A stretch of 64,000 nucleotides of DNA from Myxococcales bacterium (GTDB taxonomy: Bacteria > Myxococcota_A > Polyangia > Nannocystales > Nannocystaceae), in NCBI GenBank assembly GCA_020633295.1, contig JACKDW010000006.1, positions 270,181-334,180 on the forward strand, given 5' to 3'. Under the pieces are notes generated by a model. That model saw only the letters and a program-made list of their open reading frames with translations, did not search any database and was not told the DNA's origin. The position numbers and the translations under genes were made by a program. Each line of letters opens with the position of its first letter. Position 1 is the stretch's first letter. Positions 9,864 to 20,173 of the stretch are shown piece by piece.

Positions 9864-11687
9864 GTGTTTGACACCATTTCGAAGGGGTTTAGGGCCGCGC
9901 GTGAGCGCCTGACGGGCGAAGCCGAGCTGACCGAAGAGTCGGTTAAAGCCGCGCTCAAGGACGTGCGGATGAGCCTGCTCGAGGCCGACGTCGAGTTCCG
10001 CGTCGTCAAGCAGTTCCTCCAGGGCGTCAAAGAGAAGGCGCTTGGGCAGCGCGTCAAGCTGGTCGCCAAGACCAAAGAGCAGACGATGCGCGTCCGCCCT
10101 GCGGACCACTTCGTGCAGATCTGTCACGACGAGCTCGTCGAGCTCATGGGGCCGGTCGACACCTCGATCCACCGCGCGAGCAAGGGCGTGACGGGGATCA
10201 TGATGGTCGGCCTGCAGGGCTCGGGAAAGACGACCTCGACCGGCAAGCTCGCGCGCAAGCTGCAGAAGGCGGGCTTCAAGGTGATGATGGTCGCGGCCGA
10301 CATCTATCGCCCGGCCGCCGTCCATCAGCTCAAGGTCCTCGGCAAGCAGCTCGACGTCCCGGTCTACAGCGAGGACGGCAAGTCCCCCGTCGAGATCTGC
10401 GCCAACGCGACCGAGAAGGCCGCGATGGAGGGCGTCGACTTCGTCCTCTATGACACCGCCGGTCGCCTCAGCGTCGACGAGCGCCTCATGCAGGAGCTCG
10501 ACGACATCAACGCCAAGGTCAACCCGCCCAACATCTTCCTCGTCATCGACGCGATGATCGGCCAGGACGCGGTCACCACCGCCAAGGCCTTCGACGAGCG
10601 GCTGACGATCTCGGGCGTCATCCTGACCAAGCTCGACGGCGACGCGCGCGGCGGCGCGGCGCTCTCGATCAAGGCCGCGACCGGCAAGCCGATCAAGTTC
10701 CTGGGCATCGGCGAGTCCCTCGACAAGCTCGAGGAGTTCCGCCCCGAGGGCCTCGCCGGGCGCATCCTCGGCATGGGCGACCTGGTCGGCCTCATGGAGG
10801 ACTTTCAGGACGTCGTCGACGAGGAGCAGGCCACGAAGGACGCCGCCAAGATGCTTGGCGGCAACTTCACGATGGATGACTTCCTCAAGCAGATCAAGAC
10901 CATCCAGAGCATGGGCTCCATGAAGGACATCATGGAGAAGATGCCGATGGCGCAGATGTTCGGCGTCGACATCCCCCAGGAGGCCCTGGAGAAGGCGGCG
11001 GACGACAAGGAGCTCGAGAAGGTCGAGGCCATCATCCGCTCGATGTCCAAGGGTGAGCGCGAGAGCCCTGAGCTGTTCCTGGTCGCCAGCGACGAGAACG
11101 CCGACACGCGCGCGCACAACAAGCTCGGGCGTCGCAACCGCCGGGCCGCGCAACGTCGCGCGCGCAAGAAGAAGGACCCGAGCAAGCTGCAGACCAAGGA
11201 CTTCGTGGCCACGCGCATCAGCCGCGTCGCCCGCGGCTGCGGTCGCCCCGAGCAGGAGATCCGCGAGCTGATCATGCGCTTCATCGCCATGCGCGACATG
11301 TTCGGGCAGTTCGGCGATCTTCTCGGCGGGATGATCCCGGGCTTCGGCCCTGGTGGCGGCGGCGGCGGAGGATCATGGCTCGATCGACTGCCGGGCGGCG
11401 GCATGCTCAAGCAGCTCAACGCGGCGCGAAAGCTGGCCCAGAACCCGCAGGCGATGCAGCAGCTGATGCAGAGCCTGGGCGGCGGCGGCGGTCTTCCCGG
11501 GATGGGCGGCATGCCCGGTATGCCCGGTATGCCTGGCATGGGCGGCATGCCCGGCATGGGCGGCATGCCCGGGCTCGGGGGGATGGGCGGCATGCCGAGC
11601 ATGCCCCAGGGCGGCGGCGCGCCGTCCGGGAAGCACGGCGGCTCCAAGCCCAAGCCCAAGTCCAAGGGCAAGAAGAAGCGCCGCTAG
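9864..11687 (+). CDS. ffh: Signal recognition particle protein Ffh, with a basic insertion and a long Gly/Met/Pro-rich C-terminal tail
   Basis: The canonical start VFDTISKGF uses GTG 9864. The NG domain carries the GTPase motifs GLQGSGKTT, DTAGR and TKLDGDARGGAALS. The M-domain signature is present (MSKGERESP...SRVARGCGRPEQEIRELIMRF). The ORF track begins earlier at 9792 in the same frame. Confidence 0.92.
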   Translation: MFDTISKGFRAARERLTGEAELTEESVKAALKDVRMSLLEADVEFRVVKQFLQGVKEKALGQRVKLVAKTKEQTMRVRPADHFVQICHDELVELMGPVDTSIHRASKGVTGIMMVGLQGSGKTTSTGKLARKLQKAGFKVMMVAADIYRPAAVHQLKVLGKQLDVPVYSEDGKSPVEICANATEKAAMEGVDFVLYDTAGRLSVDERLMQELDDINAKVNPPNIFLVIDAMIGQDAVTTAKAFDERLTISGVILTKLDGDARGGAALSIKAATGKPIKFLGIGESLDKLEEFRPEGLAGRILGMGDLVGLMEDFQDVVDEEQATKDAAKMLGGNFTMDDFLKQIKTIQSMGSMKDIMEKMPMAQMFGVDIPQEALEKAADDKELEKVEAIIRSMSKGERESPELFLVASDENADTRAHNKLGRRNRRAAQRRARKKKDPSKLQTKDFVATRISRVARGCGRPEQEIRELIMRFIAMRDMFGQFGDLLGGMIPGFGPGGGGGGGSWLDRLPGGGMLKQLNAARKLAQNPQAMQQLMQSLGGGGGLPGMGGMPGMPGMPGMGGMPGMGGMPGLGGMGGMPSMPQGGGAPSGKHGGSKPKPKSKGKKKRR

Positions 11688-11751
11688 AGCGCGCGCGTCC
11701 TGAAGCCGGACGCGAAGCGGCGAGCCACGGCTCGCCCGCTTGGCGTGCGTC

Positions 11752-11979
11752 TCAGTGCACGCCGACGCCCCCGCCCCGCCCGTCGGGATCATCGGGATCA
11801 TCGGGATCATCGGGCGAGTACGGGCGATCGGGCGGGAACAGCGGCGTCGAGATCGTGTAGGCCTCGTCGAGCCAGTTCCCGAGGTCCGCGAGCTTGCAGC
11901 GGCGCGAGCAGAACGGGCGGAACGCGAAGTCGTCGGGCACGGCGGCCTCGCGGTGACACAGCGGACAGCGGATCTGCAT
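11752..11979 (-). CDS. yacG: DNA gyrase inhibitor YacG (zinc-binding), with a PDD-repeat tail
   Basis: MQIRCPLCHREAAVPDDFAFRPFCSRRCKLADLGNWLDEAYTI is the YacG four-cysteine zinc finger. The internal ATG at 11979 is preferred. The N-terminal 41 aa of the track ORF are Arg-rich and improbable. The tail PDDPDDPDDPDG is encoded by a 9-bp tandem repeat. Confidence 0.8.
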   Translation of the reverse strand: MQIRCPLCHREAAVPDDFAFRPFCSRRCKLADLGNWLDEAYTISTPLFPPDRPYSPDDPDDPDDPDGRGGGVGVH

Positions 11980-12028
11980 GAAGAAACCTGTCTTTTTGGT
12001 CCTGTAAAAAGAGCGTCGTGAGGCGCGC

Positions 12029-13267
12029 TCAGCCCCTCGCGGTCGGGAGGCCGGTGAACGCCTCCTCGAGGCGCGCGAGGCCCTCGCGCAGGCTGGCGTC
12101 ATCGGTCGCGTAGCTGATCCGGATGTTGCCCGGGGCGCCGAAGGGCGTGCCGGGGACCGTGGCGACCAGCTTCTGCTCGAGCAGCCAGGTCGCCAGATCG
12201 AGGTCGTCGGCGAACTGCGTGCCGGGGCCGACGTGCGCGGAGACGTCGAGGAACAGGTAGAACGCGCCGTCGGGCGCCGGCACGTTGACCCGCGGCAGCG
12301 CGCCCAGGCCCTCGAGCATCAGCGCGCGGCGCCGCGCGAACGCGACGCGCATCTCGTTCATCGCGACCGCGCAGGCCGGGTCGGTGAGCGCCGCGATCGC
12401 GGCGATCTGCGAGGTCGTGGTCGCGCCGGAGGTCATCTGCCCCTGGATGCGCCCGGCCGCGTCGATGACCTCGCGCGGCCCGGCGAGGAAGCCGATGCGG
12501 AAGCCGGTCATCGCGTGGCTCTTGGACACGCCGTCGGCGAACACGAGCTGCTCGGTCAGGCCCTCGAGCGCCCGCCAGGCGCTGACCTGCTCAAAGCCGT
12601 CATAGGTGAGGTGGCGGTAGATGTCGTCGCAGAGGATCCACGCCTGCGGCGCGCGGGCGACGATGACCTCGCCGAGCGCCCGCAGCTGCGCGCCGGTGTA
12701 GCCGACGCCGGTCGGGTTGCTCGGGCTGTTGAAGATGACGAACTTGGTCCGCGGGGTCAGCACGCGCGCGAGCGCGTCGGGCTGCAGGCGCAGGCCGTGC
12801 TCCCGCGAGCTCTCGACGATCACCGGGGTCCCGCCGCCGAGCGTGACGATGTCGGTGTACGAGACCCAGTACGGCGCCGTGATCACGACCTCGTCGCCGG
12901 GCGAGAGCGTGACGAGCATGAGGTTCGCGAGGCTGTGCTTGGCCCCGCACGAGACCAGGATCTCGCGCCGCGAGAACGGGCGCCCATGAAATTCGCTCAG
13001 GTCGGCCGCCGCCGCGTCGAGCAGCTCGGGGAGGCCTGACACCGGCGCGTACTTGACCGCCTTCGAGTTGATGAAGTCCCGCACGGCCCTCACGACGGGC
13101 TCTGGCGGGCGAAAGTCAGGCTCACCGGCGCTCAGCGCGAGCACGTCCTTGCCCTGGGCGGCGAGCTCCTTCGCGCGACCCGAGACCGCCAGCGTCGCCG
13201 ACGGTTGAATCGCTGCTGCCAGCGCGTTGGTCGCCAGGGGGGTGGATCGCGTGGTGGGCTCGTTCAC
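12029..13267 (-). CDS. Pyridoxal-phosphate-dependent aminotransferase, class I (aspartate/aromatic aminotransferase-like)
   Basis: Class-I aminotransferase fold motifs are present: the PLP lysine region SKSHAMTGFRIGF, NPSNPTG, and the asparagine/tyrosine anchors. It starts at a GTG at 13267. Confidence 0.85.
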   Translation of the reverse strand: MNEPTTRSTPLATNALAAAIQPSATLAVSGRAKELAAQGKDVLALSAGEPDFRPPEPVVRAVRDFINSKAVKYAPVSGLPELLDAAAADLSEFHGRPFSRREILVSCGAKHSLANLMLVTLSPGDEVVITAPYWVSYTDIVTLGGGTPVIVESSREHGLRLQPDALARVLTPRTKFVIFNSPSNPTGVGYTGAQLRALGEVIVARAPQAWILCDDIYRHLTYDGFEQVSAWRALEGLTEQLVFADGVSKSHAMTGFRIGFLAGPREVIDAAGRIQGQMTSGATTTSQIAAIAALTDPACAVAMNEMRVAFARRRALMLEGLGALPRVNVPAPDGAFYLFLDVSAHVGPGTQFADDLDLATWLLEQKLVATVPGTPFGAPGNIRISYATDDASLREGLARLEEAFTGLPTARG

Positions 13268-13336
13268 GCCGCTTTTGTAGCCGAGAAAAACCAGGGCGTC
13301 ATCGGGGCGCCCTCAGGGCCTCGTGATCTCCAGCGG

Positions 13337-13921
13337 TCAGCTCGCGTCGCCCAAACCCGTCCAGCGCAGGTAGTCGACCCCGGTCTGGCCGTAGCGTCGA
13401 CTCGCCTCGTTCGTGTACCCGCCGGCCACGAAGCCCGCGCCTGCGCCCGCGCGCTCGTATTCGAAGATCACGAGGGCGTCGCGCGCGAGCCAACCGCTCG
13501 CCGCGAGCGCCTCGAGCAGCGCCGCCGTCTCGGCGCGCGCCGTCGCGTACGGCGGGTCGAGGAACGCGAGCTCGAACGGGCCGCCCTCGGGCGCCCCTCG
13601 CACCAGCTCGCGCGCGTCTCGGGCGATCACGCGCGCGCGCGTCTCGAGCCCCACCGCCGCGAGCTGGCGTCGCAGGTGCTGCACGATGACCCGCTCGCGC
13701 TCGACGAGCACCGCCGCCTCCGCGCCGCGGCTCAGCGCCTCGATCGCGAGCGCGCCGCTGCCCGCGAACAGATCGAGCACGCGCGCCCCGGAGACCTCAC
13801 CCTGCAGCCGGTTGAAGATCGCCTCCCGCACGCGCGCGCCGGTCGGCCTCAGCGACGTGACCCCGCCGGGGAGCGCCAGGAGCTTGCGCCCGCGCAGCAG
13901 TCCGCCCGTGATGCGTTGCAC
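13337..13921 (-). CDS. rsmD: 16S rRNA (guanine966-N2)-methyltransferase RsmD
   Basis: RsmD-type SAM-binding and substrate motifs are present (VLDLFAGSGALAIEALSRGA, LDPPY). Confidence 0.85.
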   Translation of the reverse strand: MQRITGGLLRGRKLLALPGGVTSLRPTGARVREAIFNRLQGEVSGARVLDLFAGSGALAIEALSRGAEAAVLVERERVIVQHLRRQLAAVGLETRARVIARDARELVRGAPEGGPFELAFLDPPYATARAETAALLEALAASGWLARDALVIFEYERAGAGAGFVAGGYTNEASRRYGQTGVDYLRWTGLGDAS

Positions 13922-14057
13922 GGGCCGATACTTACTACAGTCCGTCGCCGCGCGCGGGGCCCGGGGAGCGGCGAGGGTCGGCGCTCAGCGGAGCTGCGAG
14001 GTCGTAGGGGCTGCGGCGCGGTGACCATCCCGCCGCGTCGCGCGACCCCGAGGAAGC

Positions 14058-15223
<1,166 letters not shown>

Positions 15224-15227
<4 letters not shown>

Positions 15228-16057
15228 GGCCCAACCGTGATCACGACCGTCTCACTCCGCAAGGTGCTCGCGAGAATAAGCCCGACAGCCGCTCCAACCA
15301 CGAGGATAGCACTCCCCGCGATCAGGCCGGTGCGGACCTTGGGGTTCATCGCCAGGCCCGCGCGCCGGGCCTGCACGCCGTCGCGGATCAGCGCCTCGTG
15401 CTCGTCCCAGAGCGCGCGCACGAGCCCCGGCTCCGTCGCCGCCGCCGCCCCGCGGATGCCGAGCGGGCGGTCCAGCGTGCAGTCGTGCGGTACGAGCACG
15501 GGCTCCGGTCGGTCGGCGACGTAGTCGACCATGATGATGAGATCATCAGCGCGCTCGCGGCAGATCCGTCGGGGCGCGCCAGCGCCGGCGCGCAGGCGAC
15601 GGAGCTCGACGCGCGGCTCGGTCGAGGCCCGCGCGGCTTGTTCCAGGGCGCTGACGAGCGCCTTCTCCTCGCGCGAGCCCGGCGCCGATGGACCGAGTCC
15701 GACGGCCACGCGCACCGACTCGGCGTCCGTCGAGATCTGCGTGGGGATCCGCGCCGGCCCGGGCGTCGGCGCGTCCTCGACCGGCGCGGGCGTCGGATCG
15801 TCCGCGAGCGACGCGGGCGTCGGCTCGTCCGCGACCGGATCGCCCGCGCCCTGGGCCTCGACCGCGAGTGGCCCTTCAGACAGGCGGGGATTGGCCGCGC
15901 GCGCCTGCGGAGTCGCGAGCGCCAGCGCCAGCGCGGCGAGCAGCGTCGCGCGCACGCGTCCCGTCGTCCCACGCGCGCGTGGACGCGCCCCCCTTCGCGA
16001 TCGACTCGCGGTCCCGCGCATCGCGGCAGTCTTCGCGTGCGCGCCCGCGCCTGTCAA
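15224..16057 (-). CDS. Hypothetical secreted or membrane protein (Pro/Ala-rich middle region, C-terminal transmembrane segment)
   Basis: A signal-like N-terminus (…RATLLAALALALATPQARA), a C-terminal transmembrane segment (GLIAGSAILVVGAAVGLILASTL) and the 4-bp overlap with the downstream gene suggest an operon. The start could be the internal ATG at about 16021. Confidence 0.5.
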
Positions 16058-16091
16058 CCGAGCGCGCCGCGTCGACGGCGAGGCGCGCGCC

Positions 16092-18190
16092 CTATTCCCG
16101 CGATTCGCTCTCGTCGCCCGGACCGCCCGCGCCGCGCGGCGGCCGGCGACGCTCCTTGAACCACACCCGGTAGCCGCGCATCTTCGCCTGCTGCTCCGCC
16201 GGCGCCCGGCGATTACACGAGCGCAGCTCGTCGCTGCCCTTCGGCGCGCCCCAGCGGATCTCGGGGCAGTCGTTGGGGTTGTAGGCGACCTCGAGGGCCT
16301 CGGCGCGGTCGAGCAGATCCTGCAGCGACAGCGTCCACTCGTCGCCGCCGGTTCGCCGGTAGGTGAAGCGATAGCTCGGATCCGCGGCCAGCGTCGCCAG
16401 GCGCTCGTCGAGCTGCTCGGCCAGCGCCTCGATCTTCGCGTCGCGCTGCGCGCCCTCCGGGATCCCGAACACCTCCGGCTGGCGGCGCACCTTGTCGGCG
16501 AAGCCGCGCACCACGTCGATCGCGATCAGCAGCCGGAGGTCGCGCGCCGGCGTCGAGAACGACTCCCACGCGCCTGTCGTTTCGAACACCTTGTAGCCCG
16601 ACGGCATGCTCACGAGGCCGCCGCTCTTCTCGAAGTTGTCGACGCCGTTCTGGACCGAGGTCACGCGCACCTTGGCCGACTCGAACAGCGCCTCCACGGC
16701 CTCGCGCTGGGCGGTGAAGGGGTCGCGCTGGCCGGGCGTGATGAGCGTCTCCATGCGATCGTAGAACGCGACGCCGGGCAGCTGCTCGTGCCCGGTCCAG
16801 ACGTCGGCGTAGTCGGGGTCGGCCGCGATCGCGTCGTCCTCGAGCTGCACGACCTCGCCCTCGACGACGCGCACGGGCCGGAATTGCTTGAAGCCGGAGC
16901 CGCCGAGGTCGGGGTCCGGGTTCCACAGGAAGTTGCCCTCCCAAAACCGCTTGCGCGTGATGCTGCCGTCGGGCTGCCCGTCGACCGCGTAGAGCACCCC
17001 GGGCTGCTCGCCGTCGGGGTCCATGAGCTCGACGAGCACGAGGATGTGCCCGTACGGATCGGCGTAGACGGTGCCCGGCCGCAGCCCGCGACGATCGAGG
17101 CGCACGGGGTAGAGGTCGCTGCGCGAGTCGCCGATCGCGGTGCGCCCGTTGCCGGTGTGCACGCCCCAGGCGAGCGTCCGGCGCATGAACTTCTGCACGA
17201 GGCCGAGCTCGCCGGGCTGACGATCGCCGCCGTCGCGGGCCGCGAGGCTCGAGCGGACCTGCCCGCAGCGGGGCGCCTTGCCCGGGGCGCCGCGCGAGCA
17301 CGGCCGAAACGCGTACGGCAGCCGCCGCTTCCACGACCAGTACGCGCGCAGGAAGTAGGGCGTGTCGGCGCAGTCGGGCTTGAGCCGCAGCGCCATGTCG
17401 CCGCCCTCGAGATCCTCGTCCCAGCCGAGCGCGTTATGAAGAAGGTTGCGCGCCGGGATCGCGGTCACCTCGTCGAGCCGGCGATAGGCGACGTCGTCGC
17501 CGCGCGGCGCGTGGAACATCTCGCGCACCCACGCGCTGTACAGCGCCTCCTCGCCCGCGTCCCAGCCGCGCTTGACCGGCCACACGACGCCGCCCTCGGG
17601 CGTCGGGGGGGTGCGCGCGCCCCCGCCCGCGCGCACGCGGAAGCGCAGACACGCGAGGCCCTCGCCGTCGCGCCCGACGATCGCCCGGTACGCGCCGGCG
17701 CTCGGCGTCTCGATCTCGGCGATCGTGGCCGAAGGGACACCTGGCCGATACGTCAGCTTCGTGGCGATCGCGTCGCCGCCGTCCTGCGGCTCGACGCGCA
17801 CGGCGAGCGGCGCCTCGCCCGTCAGCGTCGCCGCGAGCACGCGCACGGGCTCGCCGGCGACCGGCTGAAACGGCGAGACCATCACGCCGAGCGCGCGGGC
17901 GTCCTGCTCCAGGCACGCGCCCGCGTCGGCGGGCGACGGGTCGCGCCAGGCCGGGCGCGCGGGCGCCTTGGCGATCGTCGCCGCGTCGGCGCCTGGCTCC
18001 GCGGGCGCGTCTGCCTTCGGCGCGTCGGGCTCGCTCGCCGCGACCCCTGACGCGCCCCCCTGACCCCGGCGGGCTGCGGCGGCGCGTCGGGGGCGTTGCG
18101 TCCGCAGGCCGCGAGCGCGAGCGCGAGGCCCCACGCCCACGGGCGCGCGCCCGCCCGCGTCCGGACGGTGACGGCGGAGGTCGCTGACAT
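16092..18190 (-). CDS. Large hypothetical lipoprotein (~700 aa), apparently interrupted by a frameshift at a C6/G6 homopolymer (18055-18060)
   Basis: A lipoprotein signal with lipobox (MSATSAVTVRTRAGARPWAWGLALALAACG) starts at the ATG at 18190 in one frame. The long ORF (16092-18323) with normal composition is in another frame. Adding one G to the G6 run joins them exactly (…PQPAGVRGGASGVAASEPDAPKADA…). The 5' 100 aa of the long ORF as called in the track is Arg-rich junk. Confidence 0.55.
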
Positions 18191-18355
18191 CGGGAACAGG
18201 GATAGCGGGACTCGCCGATAAACGCCAACGCGATGACTTTCTAGCGACGCCGCGGTGACCGGCGGCGACGCGATGCGATCCCGCACGCGCGCGCGTCAGC
18301 TCGGCGCCCGCGATGGGCGACACCGCGCCCGCGCCCGCGTGGTATCCCGGCCCCG

Positions 18356-19588
18356 ATGACGACGCCCCGCAAGCCGAGCTCCAGCATCGTGCTCATCGCC
18401 GACAAGTTCTCCCATCGCGGCGTGGAGGCGCTGCGCGGCCTCGTGGGCGAGGTCGTCTACCAGCCCGGGCTCAAGGCCCAGGACCTGCCGGCGGCGCTCG
18501 CCGAGACGCGCGCGAGCATCCTCGTGGTGCGCTCGACCGAGGTCACCCAGGACGCGCTGTGCGCCGGCGAGCGGCTCTCGCTGGTGATCCGCGCCGGCGC
18601 CGGCGTCAACACCATCGACCTCGCGACCGCGAGCGACCGCGGGGTGTTCGTCGCCAACTGCCCGGGCAAGAACGCGATCGCGGTCGCCGAGCTGACCATG
18701 GGCCTGATGCTCGCGCTCGACCGCCAGCTCGTCGACGCGACCAGCGAGCTGCGTCAGGGCACGTGGAACAAGAAGAAGTACGGCGCCGGCCGCGGGCTCA
18801 AGGGCCAGCGTCTCGGCCTCGTCGGCTTCGGCATGATCGGGCGCGAGGTCGCCCAGCGCGCGCGTGCCTTCGCCCTCGAGATCCAGGTCTACGAGCCCGC
18901 GGGCGTCGACCACGAGCTCGCCGAGCGCTACGGCGTGAGCGCGGCGCCGGACCTCGAGACGCTGCTGCGCACCAGCGACATCGTCAGCCTGCACGTGCCC
19001 TACTCGACCGCGACGCATCACCTGATCGGGCGCGCCGAGCTCGCGCTCATGCGCTCCCGCGCGGCGCTGATCAACACCTCGCGCGGCGGCGTGGTCGACG
19101 ACGCGGCGCTCACCGACGCGGTCAAGGAGGGCCGCGTGCGCGCGGGGCTCGACGTGTTCGAAGACGAGCCCGCGGGCGGCCACGCGCCCTTCGACAGCCC
19201 GCTGATGCGCTACCCCGACGTCTACGCCACGCCGCACATCGGCGCGTCGACAGCCGAGGCGGCCCAGGCCATCGCCGCCGAGGTCGTCCACATCATCCGC
19301 GGCTACGTGCTCGAGGGCGTCGTCCACAACGCCGTGAACGTGATCACCGACCGCGACGCGCCGTTCACCCTCGTCGTCCGCCACCTCGATCGCGTCGGCG
19401 TGCTCGCCGGCGTGCTCGCGGCGCTGCGCGAGGAGGAGGTGAACGTGCAGGACATGCACAACGTCATCTTCACCCGCGGCGAGGCGGCCTGCGCCACCAT
19501 CACGCTCGAGTCGCGCCCGAGCCCCGAGCTGCTCACGCGCCTGCGCGAGGCCGACGAGGCCATCCTCGCGGTCGACCTGCGCGGCTGA
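18356..19588 (+). CDS. serA: D-3-phosphoglycerate dehydrogenase
   Basis: The NAD-binding motif GLVGFGMIGREVA and the catalytic region PHIGASTAEAQ are present, with a C-terminal ACT-like region. Length is typical of SerA. Confidence 0.9.
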   Translation: MTTPRKPSSSIVLIADKFSHRGVEALRGLVGEVVYQPGLKAQDLPAALAETRASILVVRSTEVTQDALCAGERLSLVIRAGAGVNTIDLATASDRGVFVANCPGKNAIAVAELTMGLMLALDRQLVDATSELRQGTWNKKKYGAGRGLKGQRLGLVGFGMIGREVAQRARAFALEIQVYEPAGVDHELAERYGVSAAPDLETLLRTSDIVSLHVPYSTATHHLIGRAELALMRSRAALINTSRGGVVDDAALTDAVKEGRVRAGLDVFEDEPAGGHAPFDSPLMRYPDVYATPHIGASTAEAAQAIAAEVVHIIRGYVLEGVVHNAVNVITDRDAPFTLVVRHLDRVGVLAGVLAALREEEVNVQDMHNVIFTRGEAACATITLESRPSPELLTRLREADEAILAVDLRG

Positions 19589-19697
19589 TCCTCCCTCGCG
19601 CGTCGTCGGAGCCGCGGACGCGGGCGAGCCAGCGCCGCCGCGCGGCTCCTCCTAACGCGCGATCGAGCTCGCGCGCGCGACGTGGTACGAACGCCCC

Positions 19698-20135
19698 ATG
19701 GACACCGCACCTCCCGCGAGCGCGGACGCCGAGGCCCAGTCGCCCGGCGGACGCGCGATCGTCCTCGTCGCCCACGGCAGCCCCGACCCCGACTGGGCGC
19801 GCCCGATCGTCGCGGTGCTCGACCGGGTCCGCGCGCGACTCGACGCCGAGCGGCCCGGCGTCGTCGTCCGCCTGCACCTGCTCTCCCAGGGCCTCCCCCA
19901 CCTCGAGGGCGTCGTCGCCGACCTCGCGCGGATCGGCTGCGCCGACGTGCGCGTCGTCGCCTGCTTCCTCTCGGCCGGCGGGCGCCACTTCAAGCGCGAC
20001 CTGCCCGACCACGTCGCGCACGTACAGCAGCAGCTGCCCCAGGTCCGGCTGACGCTCGCGCCCGCGCCGCTCGGGGAGGACGACGAAGTCATCGCCGCGC
20101 TCGCGAGCGCGGCCGTCCGCCTGGGCGCGGGCTGA
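19698..20135 (+). CDS. CbiX/SirB-family (class II) chelatase, short form
   Basis: The N-terminal motif LVAHGSPDPDW, the small size (145 aa) and a His-containing C-terminal half fit short CbiX. Family-level call only. Confidence 0.65.
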   Translation: MDTAPPASADAEAQSPGGRAIVLVAHGSPDPDWARPIVAVLDRVRARLDAERPGVVVRLHLLSQGLPHLEGVVADLARIGCADVRVVACFLSAGGRHFKRDLPDHVAHVQQQLPQVRLTLAPAPLGEDDEVIAALASAAVRLGAG

Positions 20136-20173
20136 CGGACCAACACCTGCACCGCGGGCCAGGCCCCGCAGCG

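Noticed and set aside
11980-12102. The N-terminal 41 aa of the YacG ORF as drawn in the track
   Set aside because: It is an Arg/Ala/Ser-rich leader that overlaps the aminotransferase 3' end on the same strand. The canonical YacG begins at the internal MQIRCPLC.
15531-18050. An 839 aa ORF on the plus strand
   Set aside because: Its composition is extreme in Arg, Ala and Gly, with strings such as RRRPAITRAQL and ARARPKRVRQP. It is fully antisense to a normal-composition lipoprotein gene. This is a typical GC-rich shadow ORF.
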